Origin: a virus
Taxonomy: Duplodnaviria > Caudoviricetes
IMG/VR virus record: IMGVR_UViG_3300020045_000440
Span: 1 to 30,074 of that record
Strand: one strand, 5' to 3'
DNA: 30,074 bases
Shown here: positions 1 through 7,810 of the stretch, piece by piece
Numbering within the stretch: the stretch's first letter is position 1
Layout of the letters: each line of letters begins with the position of its first letter
Translations under genes and position numbers: made by a program
The notes under the pieces: model-generated
Database searches by the model: none
The model's input: the letters and a program-made list of their open reading frames with translations, nothing else
What the model was told of the DNA's origin: nothing

Positions 1-35
1 CAATCCGATGTAATTGTCAATCGGTAGCCAAATTT

Positions 36-422
36 CTAATCCTTCCATAATTCTTTCATTGGTTTTTCCCAACAATCTATTCCGTAACTTTTTAATAAAA
101 TATTCAATTGTGTGTTCAATGAATCCTTTTTGACTTGATCCATTGAATCGATGTTCATTCCTAGCATAAAAAATGACTCCATTGCCGTGCACGCATTTTG
201 GAACGTATCCAATGCATCAGGCAATTCCGGATCATCATTTCGGTTTGGTGGAAATAATACGGCCATTGTTTTTTCCAACTCCCTGACCATTTGTTTTGTT
301 ACCATCTTTACGGCCTGTTTGTTTGCAGGATGTCCGTGCCACGATCCATCAATGAAATCCAAAATATTTTGGCACAATGCGAAAAATGTCAATAATCTGA
401 TTTTGTCTTTTGTCGTTTTCAT
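36..422 (-). CDS. hypothetical phage protein (128 aa)
   Basis: ORF in the co-directional minus-strand run; its ATG overlaps the stop of the upstream ORF (419-422). No motif recognised. Confidence 0.7.
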   Translation of the reverse strand: MKTTKDKIRLLTFFALCQNILDFIDGSWHGHPANKQAVKMVTKQMVRELEKTMAVLFPPNRNDDPELPDALDTFQNACTAMESFFMLGMNIDSMDQVKKDSLNTQLNILLKSYGIDCWEKPMKELWKD

Positions 423-610
423 AGGTTGTCAATATTTAATAAATCTTTCGGGAATTTGTATGGATCAATGCAAAGGTCAATTTTGATGATCTTATGAAAT
501 ATCATTATTTCCTGTATATCCTCAATGATTTCCAATGCTTCTTCATGGGTTGTTGGATTTGGGCATTTAATATCACCAATTACAAATATTTGCTCATCTT
601 GAAATGTCAT
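419..610 (-). CDS. hypothetical phage protein (63 aa)
   Basis: Tightly packed and overlaps both neighbours; no motif recognised. Confidence 0.65.
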   Translation of the reverse strand: MTFQDEQIFVIGDIKCPNPTTHEEALEIIEDIQEIMIFHKIIKIDLCIDPYKFPKDLLNIDNL

Positions 611-646
611 TGTAATAAATTTTTAGGTTTCTAACACGATTATAAA
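564..646. repeat. 83-bp exact inverted repeat, copy 1 (partner 29992-30074)
   Basis: catttaatatcacc...acacgattataaa is the exact reverse complement of the last 83 nt of the window (compared base by base). Confidence 0.95.
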
Positions 647-821
647 CAACACGTTTTTCTCTTTCTGATCCGTGCATCAGCCGAGCCACACACGTTTCCA
701 AGAATAATTTTGGATTGTGGATTAATTCCCACGCATTCACACGGATTGGTTCCGTGCTGAAATTAGGATCTGCAATTCTTTCATTGGCCCAATCGATGGC
801 CTTTTGTCTGTTTATGTTCAT
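594..821 (-). CDS. hypothetical protein (75 aa from MNINRQK), resembles small Bacteroidota phage proteins (DUF6965-like)
   Basis: Start moved to 821 because it forms an ATGA overlap with the stop of 818-1024. The family resemblance (PIRVNAWELIHNPKLFLET) is from memory only. Confidence 0.6.
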   Translation of the reverse strand: MNINRQKAIDWANERIADPNFSTEPIRVNAWELIHNPKLFLETCVARLMHGSEREKRVVYNRVRNLKIYYNDISR

Positions 822-1024
822 AGTTTTTTTAATTCTATTTTTACTTCTTGCCAATAGCATTCTGCATATTCATCAACATCACTACCAGCTTTCATTATCT
901 CATCTACTGCAACTAATGCACAATTAATACATTTAACATAATCCTCATCAAATAAAACATTATATCCAAATAGTGATTCTTCAAATTTTGAAACAAGTTC
1001 ATCGGCTTTTTCCTTTGCTGTCAT
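818..1024 (-). CDS. small conserved Bacteroidota-phage hypothetical protein
   Basis: MTAKEKADELV...CALVAVDEI...YWQEVKIEL pattern; ATGA overlaps at both ends. Confidence 0.75.
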   Translation of the reverse strand: MTAKEKADELVSKFEESLFGYNVLFDEDYVKCINCALVAVDEIMKAGSDVDEYAECYWQEVKIELKKL

Positions 1025-1446
1025 CGTATTGTCATTTGATTTTCTAATTTCCCATCTGTGTAACCTTCCCTATATGCTTTCATTATTTTATCCTGTTCGA
1101 TAAATTTTTGCGATTCGTAATATTTCAATTTCTCAATCAACTCATCTAATGATCGCACAATGATGTATTCATATCCGCAATCCCTTGCTTTTTGCTCGAA
1201 AACCTTTTGGTTTGGTTGCTGTGAATTGCCCTTGATTTTGACCTCAACAAATAGGCCGTGAAAGGTTGAATTTGGCAAAAGGATCAATAGGTCAGCGACA
1301 CCGGCTTTGACTCCCTCAGCCTTTAATTTGGCTGCAACTGCTTTGTTTCTCCATCCACCATTCGGTATTGCAAAAAACGTGTAATTGTTTAAATCCAAAT
1401 ACGTTGCCAACACCGTTTGCAATCTGTGTTCGTGTTCGTTTCTCAT
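1021..1446 (-). CDS. VRR-NUC domain nuclease (PD-(D/E)XK, Holliday junction resolvase-like)
   Basis: E..LQ, FAIPNGG, EGVKAGVADL, LFVEVK...QQPNQKVF...GYEYIIVRSLDE motifs. Confidence 0.9.
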   Translation of the reverse strand: MRNEHEHRLQTVLATYLDLNNYTFFAIPNGGWRNKAVAAKLKAEGVKAGVADLLILLPNSTFHGLFVEVKIKGNSQQPNQKVFEQKARDCGYEYIIVRSLDELIEKLKYYESQKFIEQDKIMKAYREGYTDGKLENQMTIR

Positions 1447-1670
1447 TTTATTTCGTGATAAATAGGTTTAATTCCTCCATTTTCCAACCAATCCTTTCGC
1501 CTTTCAATGCATCTTTTTGCATAATCAAATGATTCACATATTGAATGATGTTTATTTGAATCGTGCCAAATAATCTTTCCACTCATATTGTCAATATACA
1601 TCCATTCAAACCAATGTTTTTCCTGTGGATAAAACAAATGATTCAATTCCATTATTCTGTATTTTCTCAT
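1443..1670 (-). CDS. hypothetical protein (75 aa)
   Basis: ATGA-coupled at both ends. Confidence 0.65.
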   Translation of the reverse strand: MRKYRIMELNHLFYPQEKHWFEWMYIDNMSGKIIWHDSNKHHSICESFDYAKRCIERRKDWLENGGIKPIYHEIK

Positions 1671-1843
1671 TTGATTTCGTTTAGGGTTATACTAACTCGA
1701 ACAATGCCATCTGTTTCCAACATTTCCTTTTGGGCTTCCCCTGACAAAATATCGGTTTTAACTTCTTCTAATTGATTGACAATTGATTCAATATTGGTAT
1801 CAATTACCATCACTACTTTTAATTCAAATTTTGCGTTTGCCAT
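1667..1843 (-). CDS. small hypothetical protein (58 aa, MANAKFELKVVMVIDTNIESIVNQLEEVK...), not in the ORF track
   Basis: Hand translation; fills the gap exactly and its TGA overlaps the ATG at 1670 (ATGA). Confidence 0.7.
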   Translation of the reverse strand: MANAKFELKVVMVIDTNIESIVNQLEEVKTDILSGEAQKEMLETDGIVRVSITLNEIK

Positions 1844-2012
1844 TAGGTTTGATTTTTAAAATTGTTTTTCTAAATACGTTTTTATCTTTATTTAACGACT
1901 TGTTTAATTGATCCATCCATTGATCCCATTCTTTCATATTGAATTTTTCCTGATCCTGAACATACAAAACCGGATTACCTTTTATGTCTGTGTATAATGT
2001 TCCGCCCATCAT
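1824..2012 (-). CDS. hypothetical protein (62 aa)
   Basis: ATGA overlap with the upstream gene. Confidence 0.6.
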   Translation of the reverse strand: MMGGTLYTDIKGNPVLYVQDQEKFNMKEWDQWMDQLNKSLNKDKNVFRKTILKIKPNGKRKI

Positions 2013-2236
2013 CGTTTCGTTTTAATTTGAACCAATCCCCTGTTTTCATCAAAGTAAACCATTTCAAAATCCTCAATGGGTTCGAATGTATCCATCATAA
2101 ATGCCTGACTAACTTCCGAACGTTTTGCAATTACTTGTTTTTTGCCACCATTCTTTGATTTTCTGACCTGATTAATAATAATTAATACAATGCATCCAAT
2201 CAGTAAAATTCCTGCTTTTAAAATCATCTTTTTCAT
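2009..2236 (-). CDS. small membrane-anchored hypothetical protein (from MKKMILK)
   Basis: N-terminal hydrophobic helix AGILLIGCIVLIIIN followed by basic residues; start moved to avoid a long overlap. Confidence 0.65.
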   Translation of the reverse strand: MKKMILKAGILLIGCIVLIIINQVRKSKNGGKKQVIAKRSEVSQAFMMDTFEPIEDFEMVYFDENRGLVQIKTKR

Positions 2237-2243
2237 ATGTCCG

Positions 2244-2447
2244 TTATTGGTTTTCATTTTTAAAAATATGATTGTAATATTCTTCGCCACTTATGAATGG
2301 CAATGAAATGTCGTATGTGGTTACAATTATATCTTTTTCCATTTGTTTGGCTTTTTCAACCATTAAATGAATACCCCCAATTTCGTGCGGAAAATATTCG
2401 CCTAATTCTTCAATTAACCATTGAACCGCCGTTTGTTGCTTTGCCAT
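2244..2447 (-). CDS. small conserved Bacteroidota-phage hypothetical protein
   Basis: QTAVQWL...KAKQMEK..I...GEEYYN pattern. Confidence 0.75.
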   Translation of the reverse strand: MAKQQTAVQWLIEELGEYFPHEIGGIHLMVEKAKQMEKDIIVTTYDISLPFISGEEYYNHIFKNENQ

Positions 2448-2449
2448 AT

Positions 2450-2656
2450 TTACCTGATTATCTGATTAGCATCAATGTCTAACATTTTACAAATTCTCAA
2501 TGCTGTGATAAGATTTGGCACCATTTTGCCACCTATCCAATTGCACACCGATGAATGTGTGCTGTTGATCTCATCGGCTAATTCTTGCCGGCTCATATTC
2601 TTTTGCTCTAATGCTTTTAGCACCAATGTGCCAAATTCTGTTTCCTCTGCTTTCAT
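2450..2656 (-). CDS. XRE/Cro-CI family helix-turn-helix regulator
   Basis: MSRQELADEINSTHSSVCNWIGGKMVPNLITALRICKML is a typical HTH_3 pattern; no peptidase domain. Confidence 0.9.
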   Translation of the reverse strand: MKAEETEFGTLVLKALEQKNMSRQELADEINSTHSSVCNWIGGKMVPNLITALRICKMLDIDANQIIR

Positions 2657-2659
2657 AGT

Positions 2660-3424
2660 TTAAATAATTTCTCCGTTTTCGTTTAATGTCATGTCCATAT
2701 CAGCTAATTGATGGCAAAACAATTTGTATGCCTCCGCTTTGCATCCTGCTTTCCACAATTCAAAGTCATTGTATTTGGGCCGTAATCGTTTCGATATTTC
2801 AACACGATCTGATTCAGGGCATTTCCAAATTCCAAATCTGACTAAATCATCGTACAAATGCGATAATCCGCCTATTATCCATATTTGTTTCATATAGTCA
2901 AAATCACCATTTGATTCGACATGTTTTATTCGCTTTACGTATGAATTTACAATTGCAATTGCTAATCCTTTTTTGACCTCATCCGTTGGAACCGGTTTGA
3001 CAATTTCGGGTTCCGGCTTTTTTACATTCTTTGTTTCCTGCCTTGCATATTCGATGTATGCGTTCATTATCCGGCCAAAGTATTCACACGAAAAATTCTC
3101 ATAGCATTTGCAATCAGTATTCAATTTCCCTGCAACTGCCATTTCAAATGCAATGGCTATTTCTTCCGGTGTTTGGTTGCCATAATTTGATTTTATAAAT
3201 GCTAATAAAACATATTTTTCCTCATCTGTCGGCATATTTGATCCACGCAATCCAACCATTAGCATTGCCATTCGCAATACCTGTTTTAAATCATTCTCAG
3301 ATCGTGTCCTGATGTTTGGTGTGCTTTGTGCCTTAATAATCAAATTGGCTGTTCCCTTACCAATTTCGTAGGGCTTCAATTCTTGCGGCACTTGTGCCAA
3401 GTTTTTCACCGGTTGAATTTCCAT
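2660..3424 (-). CDS. putative replication accessory protein (position equivalent to lambda P / helicase loader)
   Basis: Directly follows and overlaps the initiator; TPEEIAIAFEMAVAGKL...YENFSCEYFGRIMNAY motif. Function inferred from position only; no Walker A motif seen. Confidence 0.55.
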   Translation of the reverse strand: MEIQPVKNLAQVPQELKPYEIGKGTANLIIKAQSTPNIRTRSENDLKQVLRMAMLMVGLRGSNMPTDEEKYVLLAFIKSNYGNQTPEEIAIAFEMAVAGKLNTDCKCYENFSCEYFGRIMNAYIEYARQETKNVKKPEPEIVKPVPTDEVKKGLAIAIVNSYVKRIKHVESNGDFDYMKQIWIIGGLSHLYDDLVRFGIWKCPESDRVEISKRLRPKYNDFELWKAGCKAEAYKLFCHQLADMDMTLNENGEII

Positions 3425-4094
3425 TGTATTGTTGTTGTTTAGGATAGATTATGATTTCATCATTGAAACATTTGCCGTTTAAATAGGTAGATGGATTTTT
3501 TCTAAACTGAATATCCGGGTTTGCCTCAACGTATTTGGCAAATGTCATTGTTATTTTTGTGATTTCCTCATCTGTCAATTTATTCCAAATCTTTTCGCAT
3601 TTTGACCTATCAATTTTTTTGCCGTAACCTTCCCAAAAAATCTCAAAATCATCTAATCGCTTAATAGTAGATTTGTAAATTGGTAAATTGGTAGATTTGT
3701 TAATTTGTATATCTATACTAGCAATGCTTTGGGCTTGCTTTCGACCTTGCTTTGCCGTGTGATTCAACAATGCTTTGTCAAGTGCTTTGGTAGGTGCTTT
3801 GGTAAAATTTACCAATGCAATAACGTTTGCAGAATACTGATTTTTAGATTTTTCAACTAATTTAATCAGACCAATTTCAACCAAATCCATCAGGGTATTA
3901 TGATAGGTTTTGTAATTTTTAATACCTACCGCCTCCATCACCATTGTGGTTGGTAATCCAAATTTCTCTTTCCAACCCAATCTGTTGCAATGCTCAATGG
4001 CAAAGAAATAAACGGCTGCATGATTCGGTTTTAAACGATCAGGATTTTCAAATGAATAATCCCAAAAATTTCGTGACATTGAATATATATCCAT
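3357..4094 (-). CDS. phage replication initiator (lambda O-like / replisome organiser)
   Basis: N-terminal winged-helix-like region, repeat-encoded middle linker, and C-terminal FEIFWEGYGKKIDRSKC...KNPSTYLNG motif. Start MDIYS at 4094 lies 1 nt after the HNH stop. Confidence 0.8.
   Translation of the reverse strand: MDIYSMSRNFWDYSFENPDRLKPNHAAVYFFAIEHCNRLGWKEKFGLPTTMVMEAVGIKNYKTYHNTLMDLVEIGLIKLVEKSKNQYSANVIALVNFTKAPTKALDKALLNHTAKQGRKQAQSIASIDIQINKSTNLPIYKSTIKRLDDFEIFWEGYGKKIDRSKCEKIWNKLTDEEITKITMTFAKYVEANPDIQFRKNPSTYLNGKCFNDEIIIYPKQQQYNGNSTGEKLGTSAARIEALRNW
3669..3815. repeat. iteron-like array and AT-rich 8-mer repeats (putative replication origin)
   Basis: Five tandem 8-mers at 3669-3708 (AGATTTGT, AAATTGGT, AAATTGGT, AGATTTGT, TAATTTGT). 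TGCTTT at 3725, 3736, 3748, 3771, 3783 and 3795. Near-palindrome TGGTAAAATTTACCA at 3800-3814. Confidence 0.75.
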
Positions 4095-4095
4095 A

Positions 4096-4647
4096 TTATT
4101 GTTTTGATCTATTATATAAAATACCACCTAAACGTTCCAATGCGATTTCTGCCTGATCTTTTTTGCCAAAAAAATAACCATCAAACGCAATATCTATACA
4201 ATCTAAAACTTCAATAAGACCGTATTTTTTAATGTGTTTTGAAAATGCTAATTCCGGATTAATTACGTGATATGGTTTAAATTTTTCAGACCAATAATCA
4301 TTTACCTTGTTTAACTCAAAATTCGCATTTTTCTGCAACTCATTCCGCCATTGCAAAATCATTTCTAATTGTTGCCTTCTAATGTTTAATTCTTCAATTT
4401 GAATCCTTTGTTTTTCAACAACTGAATTGTCTGACAATTTTCGATGTGATTTTCCCCTATTGCACACAAAACAACTTGTAATCAAATTTAATAAATCATT
4501 TTGTCCGCCATGCTTAACAGGGTTTAAATGATCAATTTCCAATACAACATCCGGTGCCTTTGCTCCACAATATTGGCATGTAAATGAATCACGTTTGAAT
4601 ACCTCAAATCGTAATTTTTTTGAAATGCTTTTTCTTTCTTGCATCAT
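4096..4647 (-). CDS. HNH endonuclease with helical C-terminal extension
   Basis: RFEVFKRDSFTCQYCG...LEIDHLNPVKHGGQNDLLNLITSCFVCNRGK. Confidence 0.9.
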   Translation of the reverse strand: MMQERKSISKKLRFEVFKRDSFTCQYCGAKAPDVVLEIDHLNPVKHGGQNDLLNLITSCFVCNRGKSHRKLSDNSVVEKQRIQIEELNIRRQQLEMILQWRNELQKNANFELNKVNDYWSEKFKPYHVINPELAFSKHIKKYGLIEVLDCIDIAFDGYFFGKKDQAEIALERLGGILYNRSKQ

Positions 4648-4660
4648 AATAATATAAAAA

Positions 4661-4750
4661 GCCTCCAAGTAAATCCCCCGCTTCTCACCTCGGGTTCATT
4701 AAATGAAGGCATTTTAAGTCTTTCAATCGCTATGTTGTGAGAAGGCGATT
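4661..4750 (-). ncRNA. candidate structured 5' leader with two hairpins and an 8-bp loop-loop (kissing) interaction
   Basis: Stem 4725-4730/4745-4750; stem 4661-4667/4704-4710 with inner stem 4677-4680/4691-4694. The loops contain the exact complements 4681-4688 and 4737-4744. Confidence 0.6.
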
Positions 4751-4756
4751 ACATGA

Positions 4757-4764
4757 CAAACATA
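4757..4764 (-). promoter_or_regulatory. Bacteroidota -7 promoter box TAtgTTTG
   Basis: Exact TAnnTTTG match in intergenic DNA, just upstream of the structured leader. Confidence 0.65.
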
Positions 4765-4770
4765 CAAAAA

Positions 4771-5046
4771 TTAAATAATAATCACACCTTTCAATGGTTT
4801 AAATTTAAACAGGTTGCCATATTGTGGGTGTTCTAATACAAATTTTCTTGCGTAATGTGGTGCCATATTATTGTTCACCTTGAATGGATCATTGTTTGAT
4901 CGGAAAGAATATTCAAAACGCATTTGCTCAAATATGTACTTTGAACCAATCTGTCTGCGACCTTCTTTTGCCATCCTAATTGCAATCATTTTGTACAACT
5001 CATAGATGTGTTTGTTGCTTTGGTCGTATTGCTGAAAGTTTACCAT
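4771..5046 (-). CDS. conserved phage hypothetical protein (91 aa)
   Basis: GSKYIFEQMRF...FKVNNNMAPHYARKFVLEHP...LF pattern; function unknown. Confidence 0.75.
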   Translation of the reverse strand: MVNFQQYDQSNKHIYELYKMIAIRMAKEGRRQIGSKYIFEQMRFEYSFRSNNDPFKVNNNMAPHYARKFVLEHPQYGNLFKFKPLKGVIII

Positions 5047-5161
5047 AATTATGTGATTTTGGGTGAATTAAATTCAATTTTGCGTAATTACTTTGTAGTT
5101 CCTTTGCGATATGCGACCAAACCTGATTGAACGTATATCCTAACTCATTTGTTTTTGCCAT
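5000..5161 (-). CDS. small hypothetical protein (53 aa, MAKTNELGYTFNQVWSHIAKEL...), not in the ORF track
   Basis: Hand translation; fills the gap between neighbours and overlaps both. Confidence 0.5.
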   Translation of the reverse strand: MAKTNELGYTFNQVWSHIAKELQSNYAKLNLIHPKSHNYGKLSAIRPKQQTHL

Positions 5162-5255
5162 CTTTTACCATGTTTAAAATTGCCCCTAATATCGTGAAAA
5201 ACATTTGGGCACAAGTCCAATAAAAAACCAAATTTATTTTGTCATCAATGCTCAT
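5145..5255 (-). CDS. small hydrophobic peptide (36 aa, MSIDDKINLVFYWTCAQMFFTILGAILNMVKDGKNK), not in the ORF track
   Basis: Hand translation; ATGA overlap with the stop of 5252-5659. Confidence 0.55.
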   Translation of the reverse strand: MSIDDKINLVFYWTCAQMFFTILGAILNMVKDGKNK

Positions 5256-5659
5256 TTCATATATGGATTTTCGGTTGTCATTTTGTCCCATAAATCATAT
5301 TCGCTAAATATGTATGTTTCGGGATTATCTTCAATTGCTAAATATTTAACCTCAATTTTTCTTAAAAAATGTCTAACAATCCAATCTTCATTATCTCTAT
5401 CTCTAACCCATACAACTTCGCCTAATTTTGGCAAATTTTCCGGTCTTTCTTGCGAAAATCCATCTAATTTGTATTCTGTAAATGATAAAGAAGGTTTTCC
5501 GCTATCAGTAATTCTACCATCTTTTGTGTATGCGTTAATTACATTACAATCAAATTCAATACCAATTGGATAATAGCCTCTACTTATTTTAGTAATTGTC
5601 CCCCATCCATAAATATGACAATATACCCTGTCATTTTTTTTAAATATTGTATCCATCAT
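5252..5659 (-). CDS. hypothetical protein with two SH3-like beta segments
   Basis: FKKNDRVYCHIYGWGTI and PKLGEVVWVRDRDNEDW patterns; ATGA-coupled. Confidence 0.75.
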   Translation of the reverse strand: MMDTIFKKNDRVYCHIYGWGTITKISRGYYPIGIEFDCNVINAYTKDGRITDSGKPSLSFTEYKLDGFSQERPENLPKLGEVVWVRDRDNEDWIVRHFLRKIEVKYLAIEDNPETYIFSEYDLWDKMTTENPYMK

Positions 5660-5925
5660 TTCTTTACGTATCTAATTATTGACATTATAGGTATTCCAAT
5701 CAATCTACGTTCCGGATCGGGATGTTTGAAAAACAATGTCCGATTCCCATCTGTTGCGTGATCCAATGTGGATTTCAAAAACAAAACCTGATTCCCCAAT
5801 CGGTATTCAAGTTCATACACGGCCCCAATTTCGACATCTCTGTGCTTTAAATTTGCCGTTGCAACGGAATATATGGCCTTCAATTCTCCGTGCCTTGTGG
5901 TGTAACTATCAACGATTTTTCTCAT
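5656..5925 (-). CDS. hypothetical protein (89 aa)
   Basis: Tightly packed co-directional ORF. Confidence 0.7.
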   Translation of the reverse strand: MRKIVDSYTTRHGELKAIYSVATANLKHRDVEIGAVYELEYRLGNQVLFLKSTLDHATDGNRTLFFKHPDPERRLIGIPIMSIIRYVKK

Positions 5926-5927
5926 GG

Positions 5928-6236
5928 CTAAAATGGTAATTCATCGGTTTCGATTGGATTCACTTCACGTTGGATAGGCTGTGCCGAAACAGGTGCGCCC
6001 GGATCATTTAAGATTTTCAACAATTTAAAATTCCCGATAATTGGCAATTTTACTCCTGCCTCACGTTCCTCCTTTGTCGTGTTTTGCTTTACGAATCCAT
6101 TGTTTTCGTATTGATCAGGTGTATCGGTCAATACACCTGTGATGTCCAAATATCTAGCCCCTGTTTTTTGGCTGTGAAAAACTCTGTTTTCATCGATTTT
6201 TGAAAGGTCAATTTTAATGCTTACTAAACGTGCCAT
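5928..6236 (-). CDS. putative single-stranded DNA-binding protein
   Basis: Acidic C-terminal ETDELPF tail after a flexible linker; lies two genes downstream of ERF. Confidence 0.65.
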   Translation of the reverse strand: MARLVSIKIDLSKIDENRVFHSQKTGARYLDITGVLTDTPDQYENNGFVKQNTTKEEREAGVKLPIIGNFKLLKILNDPGAPVSAQPIQREVNPIETDELPF

Positions 6237-6256
6237 TTGTTATTTATTTAGATTGT

Positions 6257-6721
6257 TTATTTAATTACTTTTTTGATTGTGGTTGTGGATGTCTTTGATG
6301 GTGGGTAAAAATCCATCAATTCACCTGTTTCCTCATCCAATGTGGATGTCTTTGATTTCAATGCTTTACAGAATGCCTCCACCTCTTTTTGTTTCTCTTT
6401 TAGGCGATCAATTTCAAATTGCAATTTGCACCATGTTTCGGTTTCCGAATAATCGTATTTTACACCACCCTCCATTTCTGAAAAGTCAACACCAAATGCT
6501 GATAATTTGCTGTCCTTATTTTGCCTCAAATCGACAAATAAATGGTCTTTGATATGTTTGTCCATTTCAGATGCTAACAATTGAAATTTGGCCAATTGTG
6601 CCGCCAATTTTACAACGTTGATTGAATCTGCGTTGGCCATAAAGTTTTCAGCCATCTGTGCAATCTCTTTTTTGCTTAAATCTAGGATTTGGCCATCAAC
6701 GGCCATTAATTCGTTTTTCAT
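6257..6721 (-). CDS. recombination-module hypothetical protein
   Basis: GVKYDYS motif and coiled coil; lies between the ERF and SSB-like genes. Confidence 0.7.
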   Translation of the reverse strand: MKNELMAVDGQILDLSKKEIAQMAENFMANADSINVVKLAAQLAKFQLLASEMDKHIKDHLFVDLRQNKDSKLSAFGVDFSEMEGGVKYDYSETETWCKLQFEIDRLKEKQKEVEAFCKALKSKTSTLDEETGELMDFYPPSKTSTTTIKKVIK

Positions 6722-6732
6722 AGGTTATTTGA

Positions 6733-7419
6733 TTATTTGGTTGATAATTCTGATTTTCTGTGGTTTATTAATTGTATAATTTCTTTGTTTGCTTGTGCCT
6801 CATCGGTTAATTCATCCCACAACTCTTTTAATTGCTCAACATTTTGCATTTCTTTCACCTTTTTAATTAATGATGCAAATTGAATGTCAAAATTTGATGG
6901 TTCCGGCATTCCTGTTTTGGCCTGTGGCTTCGATACTTTGTTTTGTGGCTTCGTTTGAATCTCGTTGCTATGGATTGCATCTGTGTCATCAATATCGCCT
7001 GTTGGAACCAAAAATGAATATAACAATGCATATTTCAACGCATACGTTGTTGCTTTTCCTGCTCCTTTGTCCTGTGGATCAACTCCATGACCGTATCCGC
7101 ATATTTCCTGACTTTCACCGCTTTCATGCATCAATAAAAACGTTGAATACACCTCCGTAAATACTGACTGCTTTGCCTTCATTTTTCCATTGTAATCCAA
7201 TTCATCCCAACGTTCAATTTTGATTGTTGGTGTAATCCCAATTGGTAAAATGCATAAACCATTTTTTGCCATTGATTGGCCAATGATTTTTTTTACCTCT
7301 TTGTCCGGAACACCTTTGTATGCCATTTGCCCTGTGCCAATTGTCATTGATTTTTCAATCCCTTTGACATCATTCATCACGTTAATGATTGCTTTAATTA
7401 GATTTGATTTTTGACTCAT
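6733..7419 (-). CDS. erf: ERF family ssDNA-annealing recombinase
   Basis: FLLMHESGES...GYGHGVDPQDKGAGKATTYALKYALLYSFLVPTGDIDDTD is the ERF signature. Confidence 0.9.
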   Translation of the reverse strand: MSQKSNLIKAIINVMNDVKGIEKSMTIGTGQMAYKGVPDKEVKKIIGQSMAKNGLCILPIGITPTIKIERWDELDYNGKMKAKQSVFTEVYSTFLLMHESGESQEICGYGHGVDPQDKGAGKATTYALKYALLYSFLVPTGDIDDTDAIHSNEIQTKPQNKVSKPQAKTGMPEPSNFDIQFASLIKKVKEMQNVEQLKELWDELTDEAQANKEIIQLINHRKSELSTK

Positions 7420-7603
7420 CGTATAATTGTTTTGAAATTCGGTTGATTGATTCCCACATTAGGGGATAGTTTAATTTTCTTGAAATGGCCATTTGCACAT
7501 TGTGCGATTCCCATTTGTCTTTGCGTGGTGGCTGAATGCCTCTTGTGTTTAAATCCTCAGCCACCATTCGGTGCAATTCACCTGCGTTAATTTTAACCCT
7601 CAT
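7394..7603 (-). CDS. small putative DNA-binding protein with serine-recombinase RD-like helix motif
   Basis: VAEDLNTRGIQPPRKDKWESHNVQMAI resembles IA..LN..GI...R...W....V..I. Confidence 0.6.
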   Translation of the reverse strand: MRVKINAGELHRMVAEDLNTRGIQPPRKDKWESHNVQMAISRKLNYPLMWESINRISKQLYDESKIKSN

Positions 7604-7799
7604 ATCTTTTTTCTAAACTCTTTTTATATTTCTGTTCCAACATATCCTGCATAGATTCAAATTCCTCCGTGCCGATTTCTTTGCCACCATTATTGGTCAA
7701 TTCGTTTTGGATAAATTTTCCAAGTTCATCCGTGCTGTTGAATGCTTTGGTCATGTTGTAATATCCTGCGTGATCTTTGAATGTGATTTTGTAAACCAT
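7593..7799 (-). CDS. hypothetical protein (68 aa from MVYKITF)
   Basis: Start moved to 7799, just downstream of the small membrane ORF. Confidence 0.65.
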   Translation of the reverse strand: MVYKITFKDHAGYYNMTKAFNSTDELGKFIQNELTNNGGKEIGTEEFESMQDMLEQKYKKSLEKRYEG

Positions 7800-7810
7800 T
7801 GCCGTAGTGA

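Noticed and set aside
2450-2656. XRE gene as proof of a lysogeny switch
   Set aside because: No divergent repressor pair, integrase, att site or partition genes are visible; lifestyle cannot be settled because part of the genome is missing.
3669-3815. Repeat array as a CRISPR or mini-CRISPR
   Set aside because: Units are 8-12 bp with no unique spacers, lie inside a CDS, and no cas genes are present.
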